Assembly (NCBI GenBank): GCA_963786105.1 | Contig: CAWAXX010000016.1 | Location: 1 to 64,000 of the forward strand | Origin: Vulcanimicrobiota bacterium | Lineage (GTDB): Bacteria; Vulcanimicrobiota; Vulcanimicrobiia; Vulcanimicrobiales; Vulcanimicrobiaceae | Length of the DNA stretch: 64,000 nucleotides | Reading direction: 5' to 3' | In this document: piece by piece, positions 1 to 6,625 of the stretch | How the letters are laid out: every line of letters starts with the position of its first letter | How positions within the stretch are numbered: the stretch's first letter is position 1 | Program-made: the position numbers and the translations under genes | Notes under the pieces: generated by a model | The model's input: the letters and a program-made list of their open reading frames with translations, nothing else | The model's database searches: none | What the model was told of the DNA's origin: nothing

Positions 1-1
1 C

Positions 2-1792
2 TCACGGCAGCGCGACGCCGCGTTCCACCAAACGGGCTTCCAGACTGGCGATTCTGGCACGCGAACGTTCGGCGTCGATGTGATCGTAGGCTGCCGCCGC
101 GCTCGTCGCGATCGCTTCGAGCAGCGCCGCTTCGGAGTCGTCAAGGTGGATGCCGTTTTCGCGTTCGCCGTAAAACACGAAACCAAAAACGCCCCCGCGC
201 ATGACGAGCGGCACGGCGATAGCTGGGATCTTCGTACCGGACGGCAGCGGCGCGCCGGCGGGCCGCCACACATCAAGCTGCACGAGCTTTAGTTCGGTAC
301 GCATTTGCACGATTAGCGGGTCCTCGCCCTCGATTTGCTCCGCCTCATCGGTCGTCCAGCCGCGGGCGGCGACGCGCGCAAATTCGCCATTCGGTTGAGC
401 CAGAAAGAGCGCGCTGGAAGTTAGGCCGAGCACGCGAACCGGTTCGTCGATCAAAAACTCGACGAGCGTGTGCTCGGATGACGTATTTGCGAGCGCACGG
501 GCCGCACGTTGCAGGCGCCGTTCGTTGTTTTGCTGCTCCCTGAAAAATACGTTGGCGAAGAGCCGCTTTGCCCTTTCGTGTAACGCGTTCATGGCGAAGC
601 CGATGAACAAGGCCGACACCAAGCTGACGTAGATTGCCGGCCGCGTATCTTCAAACACCCGTTCCGCAAACCATTCGATTATCCCGAAGAAGATTACCAA
701 TATGAGGGTCGTCGCACCGTAAATCGCAGCGCGTCCGATGACGACGCGAATGTCCACGACGCGCCGCGATAAAAATCCATAGAGGACCGCGATGATGCCG
801 AGCAGCCCGAACCACGGCAGAAGAGTGTCGGTCCAGTCTTCGAGTGCCAGCAACGCCGGCGAGGAATCCCGGATAAGCGCACTAACGATGTCGGCGATCG
901 CCCAGGTTAGATCGAGCAGGGGGGAAAGTGCGATACCTGCGGCGATCCACGTGACGCGGCGGCGCTCCTCACCCTCGACGCCGGAAGCGATGTACGACAG
1001 ACCGCACAGCACGATGACGAGAAGAAGGGCGTCGGCGAGATCCTCCAGTATGCGCGTCGGTCCGGGCACGACCCAGACCTGGAACGTTAACCAGACGATC
1101 GGGTTGAGCCAGATTACGAAGACTGCGAGCGAGACCGCAAGGGCCGACCAGAGGAACCATCGCCACGCCCCGCCCGGCTTTCCATATAGCCGCTGGGCGA
1201 CGATCAAGATCATGACCTGCGTCGCGGGGTAGACGACCTGAATTGCTAAATCGCTCACGAGATTCATCGGCCACGCTGCGAGGTCGAGCGGCGTCTGATA
1301 CACCTTGATCAGCATGAGCATCGCGTAGACGTAAAACGCCAGGGTCACCGGTCGCGGCCGCATCAAGAAAAGCGCTGAAGCCAGGCCGAATGAAAGAAAG
1401 AAGCAGAGGGGTATACCGATGTCGCGTGCGAGCTGCGTGCGCCGCGTATACCCCGGCGGCGGTGCGGAGAGTTTGACCGGGAATGTCCGGTTGTTGCGAA
1501 TGACGCGCACGGACGTCTGCGCGTTCGCCTGGGCCATCATATTTTGGAGCGAAAAGCGTTCCTTAGGCGTTAAACTCGCGAGGTCGATTTGGTCCCCGGT
1601 TTTCAGATCACCCTGAACCGATCCGGATACGAGGTCGACGGTATTACTGTCGCCACGAAAGATTATGCCATACGTGCCGATCCGCGTCGCATTGATTTCA
1701 ACACCGATAAAAACGAGCACCATAAAGATGGTGCAGATTCCGACGACGGCAATCGGCAGCCGCTCGCAGACGAACGCTACCAGAGCTTTCAC
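2..1792 (-). CDS. Multi-pass membrane sensor-like protein with C-terminal GAF domain
   Basis: 596 aa, GTG start. N-terminal extracytoplasmic segment with a PDZ-like look (LKTGDQIDL...VRVIRNNRTFPVKL), many hydrophobic helices, then a GAF signature (AIAVPLVMRGGVFGFVFYGERENG...LLEAIATSAAAAYDH) and a short coiled coil. Confidence 0.75.
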   Translation of the reverse strand: MKALVAFVCERLPIAVVGICTIFMVLVFIGVEINATRIGTYGIIFRGDSNTVDLVSGSVQGDLKTGDQIDLASLTPKERFSLQNMMAQANAQTSVRVIRNNRTFPVKLSAPPPGYTRRTQLARDIGIPLCFFLSFGLASALFLMRPRPVTLAFYVYAMLMLIKVYQTPLDLAAWPMNLVSDLAIQVVYPATQVMILIVAQRLYGKPGGAWRWFLWSALAVSLAVFVIWLNPIVWLTFQVWVVPGPTRILEDLADALLLVIVLCGLSYIASGVEGEERRRVTWIAAGIALSPLLDLTWAIADIVSALIRDSSPALLALEDWTDTLLPWFGLLGIIAVLYGFLSRRVVDIRVVIGRAAIYGATTLILVIFFGIIEWFAERVFEDTRPAIYVSLVSALFIGFAMNALHERAKRLFANVFFREQQNNERRLQRAARALANTSSEHTLVEFLIDEPVRVLGLTSSALFLAQPNGEFARVAARGWTTDEAEQIEGEDPLIVQMRTELKLVQLDVWRPAGAPLPSGTKIPAIAVPLVMRGGVFGFVFYGERENGIHLDDSEAALLEAIATSAAAAYDHIDAERSRARIASLEARLVERGVALP

Positions 1793-1821
1793 TCAGAACC
1801 CTAGCCCACGAAGTGCGATTC

Positions 1822-2322
1822 TTAACGCGAGCAACTGCTGTCGATCGTCGCTTGCTCTCCACCGCCGGAGATGACCTCATGGAACGCGATATTGGTCGGA
1901 CTTACTTGCGCGTACGTGCTCGTGACGCTCATCGTCATCGGTCCGATCGCGCTAGTTCCCGAGTAGGTCTTTCCGTCTGAAGAAGTGGCCGAGCCGTGCG
2001 CTCCCACATTGTCGGCGCTCGCACTCCAATACAATTTCATTTTCGCGTTGTAGCCGAAATAATCGTCGCCGGCGTACTCGGCCGAGGCAACGTGATCGTG
2101 AAGAACGTTCCCTGGGACGGCATCGAAGGTGACCGTCGTCTGTTCGGTGTGCGCGGACCGGGCGCCCATGGCGGGCAGCTTGGTGGCACAGCTCCAACTA
2201 CCCACGAGGTAATTGAAAACGGTCATTTCGCCGGTCAGGGCGTTGTCGGCGGCCCGCGCCTGACCCAAAGCCAGTAGGATCGCCGCCGCCGGGACGAGCG
2301 TCGAGATCAAGAATGTACGCAT
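1822..2322 (-). CDS. Secreted hypothetical protein (beta-rich, DUF1579-like appearance)
   Basis: ATG at 2322 after purine-rich GGAAAGGG. Signal peptide MRTFLISTLVPAAAILLALGQARA. YLVGSWSC motif. 166 aa. Confidence 0.7.
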   Translation of the reverse strand: MRTFLISTLVPAAAILLALGQARAADNALTGEMTVFNYLVGSWSCATKLPAMGARSAHTEQTTVTFDAVPGNVLHDHVASAEYAGDDYFGYNAKMKLYWSASADNVGAHGSATSSDGKTYSGTSAIGPMTMSVTSTYAQVSPTNIAFHEVISGGGEQATIDSSCSR

Positions 2323-2440
2323 CGTTCCACCCTTTCCGGACTCGAGAATGCCACCCGCAATCTCGATTTCTTTGGCGCTCCCGCCGCTCCTCGGCCCTGC
2401 CCGGGAGGCGCGAAGTACGCTCGAGCCAAAGTCCCGGTTC

Positions 2441-3208
2441 TTGCCATACGTGGACGCCGAACGCCAGGACGACGCGATCGTCCTGACCATGAACCGAGCC
2501 GAGCGCCGCAACGCCCTTTCGCTCGAGATGATGCAAGAGCTGGATGCGGCCCTAGCGGCTGCCGGCGGGAATCCGGACGTTCGCGCCGTGATCCTGCGTG
2601 CCCAAGGTCCGGCCTTCTCGGCCGGGCACGACCTTCAGGAGCTCTTCGACCGCGACGTCGAGGCGTATCGAGCCATTTTCGAAGCCTGCGTCGCGCTCAT
2701 GGAGCGGATCGTCGCGATTCCGCAGCCGGTCATCGCGGAGGTCGCCGGGGTGGCGACGGCTGCAGGGTGTCAGCTGGTGGCCGCCTGCGATCTTGCCGTT
2801 GCCTCGACCCAGGCGACCTTCGCGACGCCGGGCGTCCGCATCGGTTTGTTCTGCAGCACGCCGATGGTCGCGCTGACGAGGGCTATCGGGCGAAAGCGCG
2901 CCATGGAGATGCTGCTCACGGGGGAGCCGATCGACGCACCGACGGCGTTGGCTTGGGGGCTGGTGAACCACGTCGTTCCTCCCGAGTTGCTGCACGACCA
3001 AACGCTTGCGCTGGCCGCCAAGATTGCTTCGGCGAGCCGCACGATCGTCGGTATCGGCAAGGCAGCATTTTATGCACAGATCGAGCTCGACGCCACGGAC
3101 GCCTACGCGTACGCCAAAGACATCATGATCATGAACGCGCTCGAGGGCGACGCTCGCGAGGGCATCGGCGCATTCCTGCACAAGCGCGTCCCCATCTGGC
3201 GCCATTGA
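2441..3208 (+). CDS. Enoyl-CoA hydratase/isomerase (crotonase) family
   Basis: LTMNRAERRNALS, AFSAGHDL, ATAAGCQLVAACDLA, FATPGVRIGLFCSTP, DAREGIGAFLHKR. Start (TTG 2441 or GTG 2450) is uncertain. Confidence 0.9.
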   Translation: MPYVDAERQDDAIVLTMNRAERRNALSLEMMQELDAALAAAGGNPDVRAVILRAQGPAFSAGHDLQELFDRDVEAYRAIFEACVALMERIVAIPQPVIAEVAGVATAAGCQLVAACDLAVASTQATFATPGVRIGLFCSTPMVALTRAIGRKRAMEMLLTGEPIDAPTALAWGLVNHVVPPELLHDQTLALAAKIASASRTIVGIGKAAFYAQIELDATDAYAYAKDIMIMNALEGDAREGIGAFLHKRVPIWRH

Positions 3209-3234
3209 CAAACGCCACATCTTTTGGTTAGGTT
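3205..3234 (+). promoter_or_regulatory. Sigma70-type promoter for the downstream structured RNA
   Basis: Perfect TTGACA (3205-3210), 18-bp spacer, TAGGTT (3229-3234) in an AT-rich patch. Tandem GGTTA/GTTA repeats overlap the -10 and start site. Confidence 0.65.
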
Positions 3235-3240
3235 AGTTAG

Positions 3241-3404
3241 TTACGTATTTTGACTAGAGATCGCGCCTCTCTCTCGTGGGCTAAGAGGCGCGTAAATGTA
3301 CCATCAAAGCGTCGCCCACACCCGGTATGCGCGAACCCGACAAAAAGGGCATTGCGTATACGCGACGGCAAGGGGACTCGCCATTGGCGGGTCTTCTTGT
3401 TTTT
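3241..3404 (+). ncRNA. Candidate structured small RNA or cis-regulatory RNA, family not recognised
   Basis: Hairpin CGCGCCTCT/AGAGGCGCG (3262-3270/3284-3292). Multi-stem CGTCGC/GCGACG (3310-3315/3362-3367) enclosing GTATGCGCGA/TTGCGTATAC. Flanked by a promoter and an intrinsic terminator. Confidence 0.6.
3369..3404 (+). terminator. Rho-independent terminator
   Basis: 14-bp stem CAAGGGGACTCGCC / GGCGGGTCTTCTTG (3 G-U pairs), ATT loop, followed by TTTTT. Confidence 0.8.
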
Positions 3405-3479
3405 CTCAGGTAGCTTTAAGCTTGCACGACGATCGCACGCGGGCGGGCCCGTCGCTTCGGCGGTCGAAAGGGCGCTCTC

Positions 3480-5492
3480 GTGAACCTGACCGCTTTGCCG
3501 CCGCGCACGCGCTATGTAGCGATCGTCTTGATCGTTGCGCTATTGGCGTCATTGGCGGTGGCGGTTTACCGCGCCCGTGCGGAGTCGCACGCGCGTCGCG
3601 TCGAGATCGCGATGGATTTTCAAGACTTCGACGCTTTGGCGCGCTCCTACAACTACAATCCGGCGGGCTTCTTAATCGCGCTCCGGCGCGCCGGCCTCAC
3701 GTCCCTAGCCGTGACCGAAGAGCTCGGCGGGAATGTGGGCGCCGACGGTAAGGCGTACGTGACCACCGGCGCCGCGCTGGTCAATCAAGCGCGCATCTCG
3801 CCCATTGCCGATCCGCTGCTGGCCAGGCTCGTTGCAACCAGGCGCATCGCCGACGGGGCCGTCTACATGCTCGTCTCCGATCCGTCCGACTACCATCGCT
3901 ACCGCGCGCAGCTAGCGCTTCACTTTATGCCCAAGAGCGTCCGTGTTTTACGCTCGACCCGGCCGTGGTTGTTGGAGGTGCGCACGCAGATCGACTACTT
4001 CAACAACACCGCGCTCGGAATACCGACCGACCAAATAGAACTGGCGCGTAAACTCGGGCTGTTGCTGATTCCTCGCTTTCAGAACGACGAGCGCTTTGCC
4101 GAGCCGCAGATCGAAGCGACCGTCGACGACGTGCTGCGTTACGATCCCAAGGTGTCGACGGTGATCTTTTTCGGCTTGCGCAATCAAGTGATCGGCTACC
4201 CCGACCATTTAGAGGATGCCGCGGCGGTTTTCAAGCGGCACGCCTTCAACTTCGGTTCGATCGAAACGTACGACGATAGCCAAATTCAGAAGGGTAACGA
4301 CACGCTGGCGCGGCTCATACCGGGCCGCACGGTGCGCGTGCAGGCCATCGCCAAGACCGAACTGGACAAAATCAAGCTGGAAGTCGCGGAAGCGCGCTAC
4401 GTGCTTGGCGTGCGCGAGCGCAACGTCCGCGTCGCGTACTTGCGCCCGTGGGATCATCAAGACGGCGATCTCTCGATTGAAAAGACCAACATCGAAATGG
4501 TCGCCCAAATCGCCAGCCAGCTCAAGGGGGCGGGGTTCCGTCTCGGGCGTGCGACGCCGATTCCGCTGTATCACGGTAACAATGCCGTGTTGGTCGGCGT
4601 AGCGGCCTTAGCCGTTCCGTCGATCTTCGTTTTGTTGCTCGACTTCCTGGGATGGTATCGTCGCGGCTGGGCGGTCGCGGCGTACGGCTTGACGATCCTG
4701 CTCTACGCTGCCGGCGCGATCTCGCACCACGACATGTTCGTGCGTTCGGCCGTGGCGCTGGCCGGAGCGCTGTTGTTTTCGGCGGCGGCGTTCCTGGTGC
4801 TCATTCCCGCGTTTGCCGAGACGCCGGCCTCCAGAGCGGGCGAACAACTCCTTCGCTGCGTCGGTTGGACGCTCGCCGCCACCGGGGTCGCGCTCCTCGG
4901 CGCGCTGGTCGTCGTCGGCGTTATGAGTTCCCCGCTTGCGATGGAAGAAATCGAGCGGTTTCGCGGGGTGAAGCTCGTGCTGGTGCTGCCGCCGCTCGTC
5001 GCCCTGATGCTGTACGTCTTCGACCGCCGTTACGGGTCGGGCGTGGAGCGCCCTCGCGACGTGTTCCTGTCGCCAATTTTGACCTACCAGCTTCTCGCCG
5101 GCATGGCGATCGTTGCCGGCGCCGCGCTTCTGTTGATGCGAAGCGGCAACGACAGCGACATTTCGCCGTCGCAGTTTGAGCTAGCGCTGCGCCACGTCCT
5201 GACGAGCGTGCTAAGCGTGCGTCCGCGATTCAAGGAGTTTCTCATCGGGGTCCCCTGTTTGATGCTCGTGCCGGCGTTGCTCGCGTCTCATCGTCGCGCG
5301 GTCGGCTGGCTGCTGGCGCTCGGTATCGGCGTTGGGATCGGCGACGTGATCGATACGTTCTCGCACCTGCATACGCCGCTAGCGATCTCGGCGTTGCGCG
5401 TTTTCAACGACCTCGTCGTCGGCATGGCGATCGGCGCGTTGCTCGTGTGGATCTATCGCAGAGTCGCGACGCTTACCGTGACAGCCTCCTAA
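3480..5492 (+). CDS. DUF5693-like membrane protein (csaB-associated)
   Basis: 670 aa. N-terminal TM, large extracellular domain (GVRERNVRVAYLRP), C-terminal multi-TM region with FRGVKL, RSGN, VRPRFKEFLIG and DTFSHLHTPL. Directly upstream of csaB. Confidence 0.75.
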   Translation: MNLTALPPRTRYVAIVLIVALLASLAVAVYRARAESHARRVEIAMDFQDFDALARSYNYNPAGFLIALRRAGLTSLAVTEELGGNVGADGKAYVTTGAALVNQARISPIADPLLARLVATRRIADGAVYMLVSDPSDYHRYRAQLALHFMPKSVRVLRSTRPWLLEVRTQIDYFNNTALGIPTDQIELARKLGLLLIPRFQNDERFAEPQIEATVDDVLRYDPKVSTVIFFGLRNQVIGYPDHLEDAAAVFKRHAFNFGSIETYDDSQIQKGNDTLARLIPGRTVRVQAIAKTELDKIKLEVAEARYVLGVRERNVRVAYLRPWDHQDGDLSIEKTNIEMVAQIASQLKGAGFRLGRATPIPLYHGNNAVLVGVAALAVPSIFVLLLDFLGWYRRGWAVAAYGLTILLYAAGAISHHDMFVRSAVALAGALLFSAAAFLVLIPAFAETPASRAGEQLLRCVGWTLAATGVALLGALVVVGVMSSPLAMEEIERFRGVKLVLVLPPLVALMLYVFDRRYGSGVERPRDVFLSPILTYQLLAGMAIVAGAALLLMRSGNDSDISPSQFELALRHVLTSVLSVRPRFKEFLIGVPCLMLVPALLASHRRAVGWLLALGIGVGIGDVIDTFSHLHTPLAISALRVFNDLVVGMAIGALLVWIYRRVATLTVTAS

Positions 5493-5500
5493 CGGGTACG

Positions 5501-6625
5501 ATGCGCGTGCTGCTGTCGGGGTACTACGGCTTCGGCAATCTCGGCGACGAAGCGCTGCTCGAGGTAATCGTCGGTCGCGTGCGCGCGCGCTTTCCAAACG
5601 TCGAACTCGAAGTGCTTTCTGCTACGCCGCGTTTGACCGCGAGCGCGTTCGGCGTGGAAGCGACGGCCCGGTGGGACTGGCGAGCCGTGCGGGGCGCGAT
5701 CGCGCGAGCCGACGTGGTCCTCTCCGGCGGCGGGGGCTTGCTGCAGAACGCTACGAGCTTTCGGAGCCTGCTGTATTACGCGGGCATCATCCGCGAAGCC
5801 GTCCGCGTCAAACGTGCGACGATGATCTTCGCGCAATCGGTCGGACCTTTGGACGTCTGGGGACGCTTGGTCGTACGGCAGTTCTGCAAAGGCGTCGCAA
5901 GGGCGACGGTGCGCGACGAGCGCTCGCGCGACGCGTTGCGTGGGCTAGTCCCCGGAACGCCGATCGAAAAAACGGCCGATCCGGTGTTCTTGTACGACGC
6001 GGCCGACGCCGGCGTCGATCTGTCTGCCGAAGGCCTGGGGCCCGAAAGCGGCGCTTACGCCATCGTCAGCGTGCGCAGAATTCAATCGCTGAAGGTCGTC
6101 GCACCGGTCGTCGCGCGCAGCGTCGACCGGCTCGCGCGCGAACACGGCGTGCGGGTCGCGTTTCTGCCGCTGGGCGGTGCTCCCGATGCTGAGGTATCGA
6201 CCGAGATCATTCGGATGTGCGAGTCCGCGCCGGTACTACTGCCCGAATGTTCCCTGGCGAAGGCGGCCGCAATCTTGCGGGGAGCGCGAGCCGTCGTGGC
6301 GATGCGTTTGCACGCACTGGTCTTGGCGGCGAGATATGCGGTGCCGTTTCTGGCGCTCGCCTACGATCCAAAGGTTGCATCGCTGTGCGACGATCTCGAG
6401 TATCCGCTCGAGCCGTTGTGGACCGCTGGTGCGCCGCCTCCCGGCGACGAGTCGATCGACGGGCTCGTCGACCGACTCATGTCGCAGCACGCGACCCTGA
6501 CGCAGCATCTGGCCCAGCGAGTTGCAACGGTCCGCGCGTCGGCCGAGCGAAACTTCGACGTCTTGGGCGAACTGTTGCGGGATTCGCGGCTCGGCGAGCG
6601 CGAAACGCCAAAGACCACCCCATGA
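5501..6625 (+). CDS. csaB: Polysaccharide pyruvyl transferase CsaB
   Basis: MRVLLSGYYGFGNLGDEALL, SGGGGLLQNATS, AQSVGP, TVRDERS, TADP, MRLHALVLA, YDPKV. Confidence 0.9.
   Translation: MRVLLSGYYGFGNLGDEALLEVIVGRVRARFPNVELEVLSATPRLTASAFGVEATARWDWRAVRGAIARADVVLSGGGGLLQNATSFRSLLYYAGIIREAVRVKRATMIFAQSVGPLDVWGRLVVRQFCKGVARATVRDERSRDALRGLVPGTPIEKTADPVFLYDAADAGVDLSAEGLGPESGAYAIVSVRRIQSLKVVAPVVARSVDRLAREHGVRVAFLPLGGAPDAEVSTEIIRMCESAPVLLPECSLAKAAAILRGARAVVAMRLHALVLAARYAVPFLALAYDPKVASLCDDLEYPLEPLWTAGAPPPGDESIDGLVDRLMSQHATLTQHLAQRVATVRASAERNFDVLGELLRDSRLGERETPKTTP

Noticed and set aside
3241..3404. T-box leader for the operon containing ileS (AGAGA bulge and an ATC triplet near 3303)
   Set aside because: No GGUGGNACCGCG T-box sequence or antiterminator bulge before the terminator. 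Partial resemblances to TPP (GAACCCGA) and lysine (AGAGGCGCG) riboswitches also lack the other conserved cores.
3250..3751. ORFs 3250-3483 and 3296-3751 as leader peptides
   Set aside because: Both read through the terminator, show no amino-acid run typical of attenuators and have no protein-like features.
6217..6621. Long N-terminal extensions in the ORF track (ileS, tgt, leuB, mfd, yggS, mazG, GT fusion and others)
   Set aside because: They overlap upstream genes in another frame. Family similarity begins at later starts that usually overlap the upstream stop or have an RBS.
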